NCBI GenBank assembly: GCA_036149055.1
Contig: JAYZQJ010000007.1
Location: 32,001-96,000 of the forward strand
Source of the DNA: Myxococcota bacterium
GTDB lineage: Bacteria; Myxococcota_A; Polyangia; Polyangiales; Sandaracinaceae
Direction of reading: 5' to 3'
Length of the DNA stretch: 64,000 nt
Every line of letters starts with the position of its first letter. Position 1 is the first letter of the stretch. The notes beneath the pieces are model-generated. The model searched no databases, was not told where the DNA came from, and worked only from the letters and a program-made list of their open reading frames with translations. Shown one piece after another: positions 7,941 through 17,459 of this stretch. The translations under genes were made by a program, and so were the position numbers.

Positions 7941-9935
7941 ATGACCGGAACAATCCCCCTTTCTCGCCAACGCAATCTCGGAATCATCGCGCACGTCGAC
8001 GCGGGCAAGACCACGCTGACCGAGCGGATCCTCTTCCACGCCGGCCGCATCCATCGGATCGGCGGCGTCGACGAGGGCACCACGGTCACCGACCACCGCC
8101 CCGAGGAGCAGGCCAAGGGCATCACCATCACCGCCGCCGCCGTGACCTGCGGGTGGGACGATCACGCGCTGTCGCTGATCGACACCCCCGGCCACGTCGA
8201 CTTCACGATGGAGGTGGAGCGCTCGCTCCGCGTCCTCGACGGCGCGGTGGTCCTCCTCGACGCGGTCGCCGGGGTGGAGCCGCAGACCGAGACGGTGTGG
8301 CGGCAGGCGGAGCGGCACGGCGTGCCGCGGATCGCCTTCGTCAACAAGCTCGATCGGGCCGGCGCCGACCTCGGTCGCGCGGTGCGCGCGCTCGAGGCAC
8401 GCCTCGGGGCTCGGCCTCTGGTGCTCACGCTGCCGGAGGGAGAGCCGCTCGACGCGCTCCTCGACGTGGTCCGCCGCGAGCGGGTCCGCTTCGACGCGGA
8501 GGGCCGCGTGGCGTCCCGCGAGCCGTGTGACCATCCCCGGATCGACGCGGCGCGCGAGGCGCTGATCGAGGCCTGCGCCGAGGTCGACGAGGGCCTGCTC
8601 GAGGCGTGGCTGGAGGGCGAGGTCGACGAGGCCGCGCTGTGGGCCGCGCTCCGGCGTGGGACCCTCGAGGGCCGGTGGCTGCCGGTGCTCGCTGGCTCCG
8701 CCTACCGCAACGTCGGCGTGCCGCTCCTGCTCGACGCGGTGGTGGCGCTGCTCCCGGATCCGTCCGTGGCGGCGCCCCTCGCGGAGGGCTGGCCGCGGAC
8801 CGTCGAGGCGCCGCTCGCGGCGCTCTGCTTCAAGGTCGACTTCGACGCCTACGGCGCGCTCGCGTTCGTGCGGGTGTACGCCGGGGTGCTGCGGAAGGGT
8901 GACGCCGTGGACGTGAACGGTCGCAAGCTCCGCGTCGGGCGGCTCGTCCGGCTCTTCGCCGATCAGCGCGAGGACGTCGAGGCGGCGCCCGCCGGGAGCA
9001 TCGTGGCCCTCGTGAACGCGGAGCTCTCGACCGGGGACACCCTGGCGGATCCCACGCGCCCGATCGCGCTCGAGCCGGTGACGGCGCCCGAGGCGGTGAT
9101 GCGGGTGGCGGTGGAGCCGCGTACGCGGGTCGATCGGGACCGGCTGCCGAAGGCGCTCGCGCGGCTCCGGCTGGCCGATCCGTCGCTCCGCGTGCTGGCC
9201 GATCCCGAGACGGGGCAGACGCTCCTGGCCGGGATGGGGCAGCTGCATCTCGAGATCGCCGTCAGCCGGCTCCGCACGGAGCACGGGGTGACGGTGGACG
9301 TCGGCGCGCCTCGCGTCGCGTATCGCGAGACCGTCGGGTCCCGCGCGCGCGTAGACGAGACGCTCCGGAAGCAGACCGGGGGGCCCGGCCTCTTCGCCCA
9401 CGTGGTGATGGAGGTCGAGCCGGCCGAGCCGGGTGAAGGCCTCGTCTTCGAGGACCGGATCCGCGGCGGGGCCATCCCCCGCGAGTACGTCTCCGGCGTC
9501 CGGAAGGGCGTGGAGGCGGCGGCCAGCTGCGGCGCCCTCGGGCACCCGGTGGTCGACGTGCGGGTGGTCCTCCTGGACGGCTCGACGCACCCCAACGACT
9601 CGAGCGAGCACGCCTTCGCGCTCTGCGCGGAGCAGGCCTTCCGTCGCGCCCTCGGCGAGGCGGGGCCGGTGCGGCTCGAGCCGCTCGTCCGCCTCGAGGT
9701 CACCGTGCCCGAGGCGCACGTCGGTGACGTGATCGGCGACCTGTCCGCTCGCCGCGGTCGGATCGTCGGCATGGAGACCGAGCGCGACGTGGTCCGGCTC
9801 GACGCCGAGGCGCCCCTGGCGGCGCTCTTCGGCTACGCGGCGGACCTCGGCAGCCTCGCCCGCGGGCGGGGCACCCATCACCTCGAGCTCGCCCGCTACG
9901 CCCCGGTCCCCGAGGGCGTCGCGGTCCGAGCCTGA
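7941..9935 (+). CDS. fusA: elongation factor G paralogue (stand-alone, outside the str operon)
   Basis: AHVDAGKTT, GITI, DTPGHVDF, NKLD, GSA, GMGQLHL, KQTGG, DGSTHPNDSS; GGAGG RBS. Confidence 0.93.
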   Translation: MTGTIPLSRQRNLGIIAHVDAGKTTLTERILFHAGRIHRIGGVDEGTTVTDHRPEEQAKGITITAAAVTCGWDDHALSLIDTPGHVDFTMEVERSLRVLDGAVVLLDAVAGVEPQTETVWRQAERHGVPRIAFVNKLDRAGADLGRAVRALEARLGARPLVLTLPEGEPLDALLDVVRRERVRFDAEGRVASREPCDHPRIDAAREALIEACAEVDEGLLEAWLEGEVDEAALWAALRRGTLEGRWLPVLAGSAYRNVGVPLLLDAVVALLPDPSVAAPLAEGWPRTVEAPLAALCFKVDFDAYGALAFVRVYAGVLRKGDAVDVNGRKLRVGRLVRLFADQREDVEAAPAGSIVALVNAELSTGDTLADPTRPIALEPVTAPEAVMRVAVEPRTRVDRDRLPKALARLRLADPSLRVLADPETGQTLLAGMGQLHLEIAVSRLRTEHGVTVDVGAPRVAYRETVGSRARVDETLRKQTGGPGLFAHVVMEVEPAEPGEGLVFEDRIRGGAIPREYVSGVRKGVEAAASCGALGHPVVDVRVVLLDGSTHPNDSSEHAFALCAEQAFRRALGEAGPVRLEPLVRLEVTVPEAHVGDVIGDLSARRGRIVGMETERDVVRLDAEAPLAALFGYAADLGSLARGRGTHHLELARYAPVPEGVAVRA

Positions 9936-9939
9936 GGCC

Positions 9940-9972
9940 AGGAGGCCGCTCCGAGCTGCGGGGCGGCCTCCT
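9940..9972 (+). terminator. 14-bp hairpin after fusA
   Basis: AGGAGGCCGCTCCG-AGCTG-CGGGGCGGCCTCCT; weak U-tract. Confidence 0.55.
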
Positions 9973-10009
9973 CCGTTCCGTCCCGGAAGGCGTGTAGAGT
10001 CGCGGCGCC

Positions 10010-11257
10010 ATGAGCGACTTCCCCGAGGGCTTCCTCTTCGGCGCGGCCACCAGCAGCCACCAGGTCGAGGGCGGCAACATGCACAACGACTGGTGGGACT
10101 GGGAGCAGGCCGGAAAGATCGCCGACGGGAGCACGAGCGGGGACGCGGCCTGCTGGTGGGACGGCAAGGCGGAGGAGGACCTCGCCGAGGCCGCTCGGCT
10201 CGGGCACCGCGCCCACCGCATGAGCCTGGAGTGGAGCCGGCTCGAGCCGGAGCCGGGGCGCTTCGACGCCGACGCCTTCGAGCGCTACCGCGAGATCCTG
10301 CGCTTCGCCGCCTCGCGGGATCTGGCGATCCTGCTCACGCTCAACCACTTCACGCTCCCGCGCTGGATCGCGAAGATGGGCGGCTGGACGCACCCGAACG
10401 TGCCCGCGCTCTTCGAGGGCTTCGCGGCGCGCGCGGCGACGGAGCTCGGCCCGCACGTGTCGCTGTGGGCGACCCTGAACGAGCCGAGCGTGCTCGCGTA
10501 CATGGGCTACGCCGGGGACCGCTGGCCGCCGGGGAAGGGCAGCATGCTCGCGTGCTTCACCGCGCTCCGGCACATGCTCGACGCGCACGCGCTCGGCTAC
10601 GAGGCGCTCCACCGCGCGCTCCCGCAGCCCCGGGTCGGCGTCGTGCTGAACCTGCCGCTCTTAGCGCCGGCCGATCCCGAGCGCGCCCTCGATCGCTGGG
10701 CCGCGAAGGCGCAGGACTGGGCGTTCAACGGGGCCGCGCTCCACGCGCTCACCGAGGGGCGCTACCTCTTCCCGCTCAGCGCGCTCCCGAAGGACGCGCC
10801 CCGGGTCCGGCGATCCTGCGACTGGGTCGGGCTCAACTTCTACGGGCGCTTCGACGTGCGCTTCGATCCGTCCGCCGCCGGCGAGGCGTTCGGCCGCCAC
10901 GTGCAGGAGCCGACGGTCCGCACCGCGCACAACGACTGGGGTCAGCCCGACCCGCGCGGCATGGTGCGCCAGCTCGAGCGCCTCTCGGCGCTCGGCGTGC
11001 CGCTCTACGTGACCGAGAACGGCACCTACGACGAAGCGCAGCGCGACGACTACCTCCGCAGTCACCTCGAGGCGCTCTCGGAGGGCGTGCGCGGCGGCCT
11101 CGACGTGCGCGGCTACTTCGTCTGGTCGCTGGTCGACAACTTCGAGTGGGCGGAGGGCTGGGAGACCCGCTTCGGCCTGCTCGCCCTCGACCGCGAGACC
11201 CAGGCGCGCACCGTCCGGGAGACCGCCCACACCTACGCCTCCATCATCCGCGGGTGA
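10010..11257 (+). CDS. glycoside hydrolase family 1 (beta-glucosidase-like)
   Basis: FPEGFLFGAATSSHQVEG, TLNEP, VTENG, DNFEW. Confidence 0.93.
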   Translation: MSDFPEGFLFGAATSSHQVEGGNMHNDWWDWEQAGKIADGSTSGDAACWWDGKAEEDLAEAARLGHRAHRMSLEWSRLEPEPGRFDADAFERYREILRFAASRDLAILLTLNHFTLPRWIAKMGGWTHPNVPALFEGFAARAATELGPHVSLWATLNEPSVLAYMGYAGDRWPPGKGSMLACFTALRHMLDAHALGYEALHRALPQPRVGVVLNLPLLAPADPERALDRWAAKAQDWAFNGAALHALTEGRYLFPLSALPKDAPRVRRSCDWVGLNFYGRFDVRFDPSAAGEAFGRHVQEPTVRTAHNDWGQPDPRGMVRQLERLSALGVPLYVTENGTYDEAQRDDYLRSHLEALSEGVRGGLDVRGYFVWSLVDNFEWAEGWETRFGLLALDRETQARTVRETAHTYASIIRG

Positions 11258-11273
11258 CGGCCACCGCGCGCTC

Positions 11274-11837
11274 TCACCAGGTTGCGACCTCGATGTCTTC
11301 GCCGTCGTAGCCCGGGTCGAGCGTCAGGCGGCCCTCGGGGGCCGAGCCCAGCGGAAGGCCCCACTGCACCTTCAACTCCGCGTTGACCGGGTCGTACGAT
11401 TCGGTCCACTCCCCCGGATCCCACTCGAGAGCCGCGACCGAGGCCGCGCCCGTGAAGGCGGAGCCGTCGACACCCAGGTACGCGGCCGACACCAACGCGT
11501 GGTCGAAGCGCCCGTCGGCCGTCTGGATCCGCAGGTGTACGAGGAGCCCCGCGTACGGGTCGCAGTCCTCACCCTCGTAGACGTCCGCGTCGTCGAGCGA
11601 GGTGAGGGTGAGGGTCGCCGTGGTCGTGGTGCCGTCGTCGGCCCACGTCAGAGGGACGGTCGTCTCCGTCGCCGCGAGCCGGTCGTCGGGAGTCTCCCCG
11701 CCGAGGAGCTCGAGGGGAGCGGAGGCATCGACGGATCTGAACGTGTCGGGGCAGGCGTTCGAGGCGATCCCTCCCGCGGGGGCGGAGCAGCCGACGAGAG
11801 GCAAGAGAAGAGTCAAACCGAGCAATCGTCGTCTCAT
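11274..11837 (-). CDS. hypothetical lipoprotein
   Basis: MRRRLLGLTLLLPLVGC lipobox. Confidence 0.7.
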   Translation of the reverse strand: MRRRLLGLTLLLPLVGCSAPAGGIASNACPDTFRSVDASAPLELLGGETPDDRLAATETTVPLTWADDGTTTTATLTLTSLDDADVYEGEDCDPYAGLLVHLRIQTADGRFDHALVSAAYLGVDGSAFTGAASVAALEWDPGEWTESYDPVNAELKVQWGLPLGSAPEGRLTLDPGYDGEDIEVATW

Positions 11838-11994
11838 TCGAGATGAATACGAGTTGTGCGGCAGTCGAGCCAGCCGATGAAGGGTGGGCGGAAGCTTCCG
11901 TCGAGGATGAGGAGAAAACGACGTTGCGTGGGGTGAAACCCCCATCTGGGGACGTGTTCAGCGCAGGGCGGCTGTCGTAGGCTCGACCCTCGCC

Positions 11995-12597
11995 ATGACG
12001 CTCCGCGAGGTCATTCAGCTCCCGCACGCGCGGGTGGTGGTCGAAGCTCGGGACACGCACCTCTTCCTCGACGAGAAGGGGGAGCTGCGGACCGTCGACG
12101 AGGTGGGGCGCTACACGCGAGCGGTGGACCGCCTGATCCGGCGCACCGGCCTGAAGAAGGGCGTGATCGACGCGCGCGGCGAGATCGGTGAGCCCAGCAA
12201 GGCGGTGCGCGACGCGATGTGGGCGTGGATCCTCGCGTCGGACCGTGGGTTCAACCAGGTGGCCTTCGTGCTGCCGACCGAGATGGCGGTCGCGCGGGTG
12301 AACATGACGGCGCTCTCGCACCGGGCGTTCGTGCGCGCGTTCGAGAGCGACTTCGCCGCCCAGCGCTGGCTGGTCCGGCCGCGCGCGAGCACCGGCAGCT
12401 TCCGGCCTCCGTCGTCGCGTCCGCCGCCGATGAGCTCGACCATCCCGCCGAAGGCGGCCCAGAGCCCGGGGCTCTACGTCTCGAGCGAGACGAAGTCCGA
12501 CGACACGCGCCAGAAGCTCCCCCGGTCGGGGACCATGCCCGCGCTCGGACCCGACGGGAGCCCGCGCCCGCCGAAGGCCAAGGCCAAGGGCGCCTGA
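11995..12597 (+). CDS. hypothetical protein, SpoIIAA/STAS-like fold with a low-complexity tail
   Basis: VIDARG...VAFVL...RAFES...AQRWL pattern followed by a Ser/Pro tail. Confidence 0.65.
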   Translation: MTLREVIQLPHARVVVEARDTHLFLDEKGELRTVDEVGRYTRAVDRLIRRTGLKKGVIDARGEIGEPSKAVRDAMWAWILASDRGFNQVAFVLPTEMAVARVNMTALSHRAFVRAFESDFAAQRWLVRPRASTGSFRPPSSRPPPMSSTIPPKAAQSPGLYVSSETKSDDTRQKLPRSGTMPALGPDGSPRPPKAKAKGA

Positions 12598-12608
12598 GCG
12601 AGGCCCGA

Positions 12609-12992
12609 TCAGCGAGGCAGCGCGCTCGGCTGCTGGGACGCGAGCGCCCGCTTCGCGCCGACGTAGGAGACGACGTTCATCGGCAGCGTCACCGCGGTGA
12701 CGAAGAAGCTGATGATGCCCCACCAGCCGAAGAAGCCGGTGACGAGGGTCTTCGTCCAGAACTCGCTGTCCACGCAGCGGCCGCAGAGCAGGCCCTCGGT
12801 GCGCGAGCCGAAGCGCATGACGAGGAGGCCCACGTTCTGCCCGAAGGAGACGTGGGCGAGGGGCGCGTCGGCGCCGCAGGCCTGGCAGCACCCGGGCGCG
12901 AAGCCGTCGTGCGCGAATCCGTCGTGCGGCGCGAGGCCCTCGTTGCGGAACGACTGGGGGAGGGCGTCCTGACGCTGCGGCTCGTAGTGCAT
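12609..12992 (-). CDS. Zn-ribbon membrane protein
   Basis: CQAC...CGRC, then a TM hairpin GFFGWWGIISFF. Confidence 0.65.
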   Translation of the reverse strand: MHYEPQRQDALPQSFRNEGLAPHDGFAHDGFAPGCCQACGADAPLAHVSFGQNVGLLVMRFGSRTEGLLCGRCVDSEFWTKTLVTGFFGWWGIISFFVTAVTLPMNVVSYVGAKRALASQQPSALPR

Positions 12993-13027
12993 GGCGACGA
13001 GGGTACGCCGCGCCGGCGCGGATCTCC

Positions 13028-13510
13028 CTACCGGACCTTGGTCTTGGCGCCGGCGAGCTTCAGGACGGTCTTGAAGTGCGCCTTGTCGACCGGCTGCACG
13101 CTGAAGCGGATGCCGCGCTTGATCACCATCATGCCGTCGAGCGCCTCGGCGTGCTCCTTGAGGACGTCGAGGCCGAGCACCTCGTCGAACTTCTCGACGA
13201 AGGCGAGGTCGACGAGCTGCCAGCGCGGCGCCTCCTTCGTCGACTTGGGGTCGTGGTATTTGCTCTTCGGGTCGAACTGCGTCGGGTCGGCGTAGGCCTC
13301 GGTGGCCACCTCGGCGACGCCGGCCACCCCCGGGGGCTTGGCGTTCGAGTGGTAGAAGAGCACGAGGTCGCCGACCGCCATCTCGTCGCGCATGTAGTTG
13401 CGCGCCTGGTAGTTGCGGACGCCGTCCCACTCGGCCTGGCCGTCTCGCTCCAGGTCCTCGATGGAGTAGACGTCGGGCTCGCTCTTCATGAGCCAGAACT
13501 TCTTGGCCAT
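13028..13510 (-). CDS. EVE domain protein
   Basis: WLMKSEP, WDGVRNYQARN, FYHS, RFSVQPV; ATG overlaps the upstream stop (TGATG). Confidence 0.93.
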   Translation of the reverse strand: MAKKFWLMKSEPDVYSIEDLERDGQAEWDGVRNYQARNYMRDEMAVGDLVLFYHSNAKPPGVAGVAEVATEAYADPTQFDPKSKYHDPKSTKEAPRWQLVDLAFVEKFDEVLGLDVLKEHAEALDGMMVIKRGIRFSVQPVDKAHFKTVLKLAGAKTKVR

Positions 13511-13890
13511 CACTCGGTCTCCTTGGCGATGCCGAACAGCTCCTCGATGGTCTGCTCGTGGAAGAGGCTCCCGCGCATGCCCACCACGCGCTCCTTCTCG
13601 CGGCCGCCCTTCAGGTAGATCACCGTCGGGGTGCCCTTCACCTTCATCCGCATCGCGCTCCGCGGCGCGGCCTGGCTGTTCATCTCGCAGACCTTCACCC
13701 GGCCGTCGTACTCGGCGGCGAGCTGCATGATGATCGGCTCGAGCTTCTTGCAGGGCTGACAGTTCGGGCCCCACACGTCGAGGATCACCGGCTCCTTGGA
13801 CTGGAGCACCTCACGCTGGAAGTTGTCGTCGTCGACGTGGACGGGCTGCTTCTTGGGCGTGATGCCGAGCAGCTTGGCGAAGAAACCCAT
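13510..13890 (-). CDS. thioredoxin family protein
   Basis: FQREVL...VILDVWGPNCQPC...TPT. Confidence 0.9.
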   Translation of the reverse strand: MGFFAKLLGITPKKQPVHVDDDNFQREVLQSKEPVILDVWGPNCQPCKKLEPIIMQLAAEYDGRVKVCEMNSQAAPRSAMRMKVKGTPTVIYLKGGREKERVVGMRGSLFHEQTIEELFGIAKETE

Positions 13891-13931
13891 GGCGCGTGGT
13901 CTACTCGTATCCGCGGGCTCCGCAAATAGGT

Positions 13932-13965
13932 GAAGCGCCCCGGGCGTGGCGGCCCGGGGCGCTTC
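13932..13965 (-). terminator. perfect 14-bp hairpin downstream of the orphan exbD-like gene
   Basis: GAAGCGCCCCGGGC-GTGGCG-GCCCGGGGCGCTTC. Confidence 0.55.
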
Positions 13966-14075
13966 TGGATGGATGGATGAATGGAACGATCGACTCGTCC
14001 GCGGCCACGTCTCCCGCGAACGAAGACCTCATCGCACCGACCCCGCGCAGGTTTCCTCCTTGGACGAAAAAAAGA

Positions 14076-14618
14076 TCACCGGAGGCCGGCGCTCAGCCGG
14101 ACGCGGGAGAACCAGGGCTCGTGGGCGTCGCCGCGGGCCGCGTCCATCGCCTGGACGACGTCCTCGTAGGGCACGAGCGGATCGGCGGTGAGGATCAGGG
14201 AGTCCTCCTCGGGAAAGCGGCGGTGCACGGCGCGCAGGCAGTCCCGCAGGCCGGCGAAGTCCTGGCCTCGAGCGGTCCGGGGCACCGTCACCACCGCCCT
14301 CGACGTGGTGTCCGCGCAGCCCGGCGCGAGGTGCGCGCCCTCGCCGGAGACGAAGACGCCCTCCTCGGCGACGGTCACCGAGAGGTTCAGGCTGCGGGGC
14401 GGACGCTGACAGCCGGTCGCGCACGTCGCCGGCAGCTCCACCTCGACCTGGGCCACGGCGATGGCGGCGGTGGTGGTCGCCAGCAGGAAGAGCATCACGT
14501 TCACCACGATGTCGAGGAAGGGCACGATGTTGAGCTCGCCGCCTTGCTCGGAAGGATCGAGGTCACGAGCCCGGGTGGCCCGGCGGACGAGGCGGCGCTG
14601 ACGCGGCGAGAGCTTCAT
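14076..14618 (-). CDS. ExbD/TolR family protein (AglS/AglV-like), orphan
   Basis: ELNIVPFLDIVVNVMLFLL TM helix with conserved Asp; ADPLVPYEDVVQAMDAAR. Confidence 0.85.
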   Translation of the reverse strand: MKLSPRQRRLVRRATRARDLDPSEQGGELNIVPFLDIVVNVMLFLLATTTAAIAVAQVEVELPATCATGCQRPPRSLNLSVTVAEEGVFVSGEGAHLAPGCADTTSRAVVTVPRTARGQDFAGLRDCLRAVHRRFPEEDSLILTADPLVPYEDVVQAMDAARGDAHEPWFSRVRLSAGLR

Positions 14619-14657
14619 GGCCCGAGTGACAATGTCCACGCGTCCGAGTTCCCGGGT

Positions 14658-15410
14658 ATGCTCGCCGCCGTGGCGCGCGTGACCCTCGCCTTCCTCCTCC
14701 TCGCCTTCGCGTCGCCGGCGGCGGCGCAGGGCGACGGGCTCGACGACATCCCGATCGCCAGCCAGCGCCCGACCTCGGGGGAGGCCTCGCTGCTGAGCGG
14801 CCGCACCCTCGGGGTGGGCGAGGTGTTGGTCGCGGGCGCGGCCGGCTGGCCGTGGATCTGGGCCCAGGCCGAATTCGCGCTGACCTCCAGCTTCAACGTC
14901 GGCATCCGGCCGGCGCTGCTCTACGGCTCGCCGTTCATGGCCCTCGAGCCCGGGGTCGGCGGGGAGCTCGCGGTGCCGATGCGCATCCACCTCTTCGGCG
15001 AGGGGGAGCTCGACCTCGCCGCGTTCATCACCCCGGCGGTGGCGGTCGGCGAGGCGGCGGCGACGGCGGGGGAGGGCGGCACGGTGTTCGCGGGTGAGCT
15101 GGGCATCGGCACCCGGCTCGAGCTGGGCGCCCGGATCGGCTACCGCGCGATGGAGGGGCTCACCTTCGTGCTCGGCGCGGGCGGCCACGTCGGCTTCGTG
15201 TACGCGGAGGCGGTCGGCGCGGCCGAGGTCATCGGCGCCGCCTTCCTGCAGGCGGGCCTCGAGGGGCTGATCTCGCGGGACACGATGCTCTTCGCGCTCG
15301 TCGACGGCGGCCTGGGCTTCACCCCGAGCCGCGGCGCCGGCTTCCCGCTCTTCCGCGAGAGCGTGCCGCCGCTCTTCCGCATCTCCCTCGGCGTGGCCTA
15401 CCTGCTTTGA
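14658..15410 (+). CDS. secreted / outer-membrane beta-barrel-like protein
   Basis: Signal peptide ending AAA-Q; alternating beta strands; C-terminal ISLGVAYLL. Confidence 0.7.
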   Translation: MLAAVARVTLAFLLLAFASPAAAQGDGLDDIPIASQRPTSGEASLLSGRTLGVGEVLVAGAAGWPWIWAQAEFALTSSFNVGIRPALLYGSPFMALEPGVGGELAVPMRIHLFGEGELDLAAFITPAVAVGEAAATAGEGGTVFAGELGIGTRLELGARIGYRAMEGLTFVLGAGGHVGFVYAEAVGAAEVIGAAFLQAGLEGLISRDTMLFALVDGGLGFTPSRGAGFPLFRESVPPLFRISLGVAYLL

Positions 15411-15441
15411 CGCCGAGGGGCGCGGACCCCATGACACCCGC

Positions 15442-16122
15442 GTGCTGATCGACGTCGTCATCCCCGCGCTCGACGAGGAGGAGGCGCTGCCCCACGTGCT
15501 GGCCGCGATCCCGGAGGGCGCGGTGCGCCGGGTGGTGGTGGCCGACAACGGGAGCCGCGACCGCACCGCGGAGGTCGCCCGCGCGGCGGGGGCGGAGGTC
15601 GTGCGCGAGCCGCGCCGGGGCTACGGCGCCGCGTGCCTGAAGGCGCTCGCCCATCTCCGCCGCGACCCGCCGGACGTGGTGGTCTTTCTCGACGGCGATC
15701 ACAGCGACCACCCGGAGGAGCTGCCCCGGCTGCTCGCGCCGATCGCGCGCGGCGAGGCGGACCTGGTGGTGGGCTCGCGGGCCCTCGGGCACGCCGAGCG
15801 GGGCGCGCTCACCCCGCAGCAGCGGGTGGGCAACGCCATCGCCTGCGTGGCGCTCCGGCTCGTCTACGGGGCGCGCTACACCGACCTCGGCCCCTTCCGC
15901 GCGATCCGGTGGGAGGCGCTCGAGCGGCTGGGCATGGTCGACCTGGACTACGGCTGGACGGTCGAGATGCAGATCAAGGCGGCCCGCCGGCGGATCGCGC
16001 ACGCCGAGGTGCCGGTGAGCTACCGGCGTCGCATCGGCGTCTCGAAGGTCAGCGGCACCCTGCGGGGCACCCTCGGCGCGTCACGAAAGATCCTCTGGGT
16101 CCTGGCCCGGCATGCGCGCTGA
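15442..16122 (+). CDS. glycosyltransferase family 2
   Basis: VVIPALDEE, ADNGSRD, GYGAAC, FLDGD, TDLGPFRA. Confidence 0.92.
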   Translation: MLIDVVIPALDEEEALPHVLAAIPEGAVRRVVVADNGSRDRTAEVARAAGAEVVREPRRGYGAACLKALAHLRRDPPDVVVFLDGDHSDHPEELPRLLAPIARGEADLVVGSRALGHAERGALTPQQRVGNAIACVALRLVYGARYTDLGPFRAIRWEALERLGMVDLDYGWTVEMQIKAARRRIAHAEVPVSYRRRIGVSKVSGTLRGTLGASRKILWVLARHAR

Positions 16123-16753
16123 GATCGCGGTCTTCGCCCGGGCGCCGCGGCCCGGCCGCACCAAGACCCGGCTGATCCCGGCGCTCGGCCCCGAAGGCGC
16201 GGCGGCGCTGTACGCGGCGTTCCTCGAGGACACTCTGACCAAGCTCGAGGGGCTCGACGCGCGGCTCTGGGCGGCGTCCGAGGCCGACGCGCCCGCGCTC
16301 GAGGGGCGGGGCTGGCCGGTGAGCGCGCAGGTGGGCGGCGACCTGGGCGCGCGCATGAGCCACGCGATCGCCGAGGGGCTCGGCCGCGCCGACGCGGTGA
16401 TCGTCATCGGGACCGACGCGCCGACGCTGCCGACCGCGCGGCTGCGCGACGCGATCGACGCCCTCCGAACCCACGGCGCGGTGCTCGGGCCGTCGGCGGA
16501 CGGGGGCTACTACCTCATCGGCAGCCGGGCGCCGGTGTCCTTCGGCGCGGTGCGCTGGTCGACGCGCCACGCGCTGGCCGACACGCTCGCCGGGCTCGGG
16601 TCTCCCGCGCGGCTGCTGCGGCCCTGGTACGACGTCGACACCCCGGACGACCTCGCGCTGCTCCGCGCTCATCTCGCCCTGCGGAGCCGCGACGCGCCGG
16701 CCACCTCGCGTGCGCTTTCGCGGCATTTTGACCACTCCGCGGCCGACGGTTAG
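16112..16753 (+). CDS. DUF2064 / TIGR04282-type glycosyltransferase-like protein
   Basis: FARAPRPGRTKTRL, GDLGARM, IGTDAP, LGPSADGGYYLIG, DVDTPDDL. Confidence 0.9.
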   Translation: MRAEIAVFARAPRPGRTKTRLIPALGPEGAAALYAAFLEDTLTKLEGLDARLWAASEADAPALEGRGWPVSAQVGGDLGARMSHAIAEGLGRADAVIVIGTDAPTLPTARLRDAIDALRTHGAVLGPSADGGYYLIGSRAPVSFGAVRWSTRHALADTLAGLGSPARLLRPWYDVDTPDDLALLRAHLALRSRDAPATSRALSRHFDHSAADG

Positions 16754-16805
16754 CCTACGGGCGTCCGTCATCGGCCGCCGTGCGTCCGTGCCGGCGGGTT
16801 TGACC

Positions 16806-17459
16806 ATGGCCGACGACCAGCTCTTCGCACGATTCGGCAGGACCTGTGAGCCGGGCGAGGTCCTCTTCCGGGAGGGCGAGCACGGCGATCAGATGTACGT
16901 GCTCCAGGAGGGCGCGATCCGGATCACCAAGGCGGTGAAGGGCGAGGAGAAGACCCTCGCGCTGCTCGGCCCGGGTGAGTTCTTCGGAGAGATGGCCATC
17001 CTCAACGCCAAGCCGCGCACCGCGACCGCGGTGGTGGAGCATCAGGCCAAGGTGCTCGTGCTCGGCGCCAAGGCGTTCGAGCGCATGGTGGTGAGCAACG
17101 CCGAGATCGCGGTCCGCCTCATCAAGCGGCTCGCGCGCCGGCTCGACTCCGCCAACGAGCTCATCGAGGTGCTCATGCACCGCGACCCCAAGGCGCGCGT
17201 GATCCTCGGGCTCAGCCGCGAGGCGCAGTTCCTCGGCCAGCGCCGCGAGGACGGCTCGGTGCTGGTGCCGCTCTCCGAGGAGGAGCTCGCCGAGCAGGTG
17301 GGCCTCTCGGAGGCCGAGACCGCCGAGGTGCTCAAGCGCCTGCGTCGCCTCCACATCGTCGATCCGGCCGGGCCCGAGGGCGTCGTCGTGCGGGACACCG
17401 CCCGCCTCGACGAGTTCTACGAGTTCCTCGAGATGCGCGAGAAGTTCGGGGACGGCTGA
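16806..17459 (+). CDS. Crp/Fnr-family cNMP-binding regulator
   Basis: LFREGE, FFGEMAIL, PRTATA; C-terminal HTH. Confidence 0.9.
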   Translation: MADDQLFARFGRTCEPGEVLFREGEHGDQMYVLQEGAIRITKAVKGEEKTLALLGPGEFFGEMAILNAKPRTATAVVEHQAKVLVLGAKAFERMVVSNAEIAVRLIKRLARRLDSANELIEVLMHRDPKARVILGLSREAQFLGQRREDGSVLVPLSEEELAEQVGLSEAETAEVLKRLRRLHIVDPAGPEGVVVRDTARLDEFYEFLEMREKFGDG

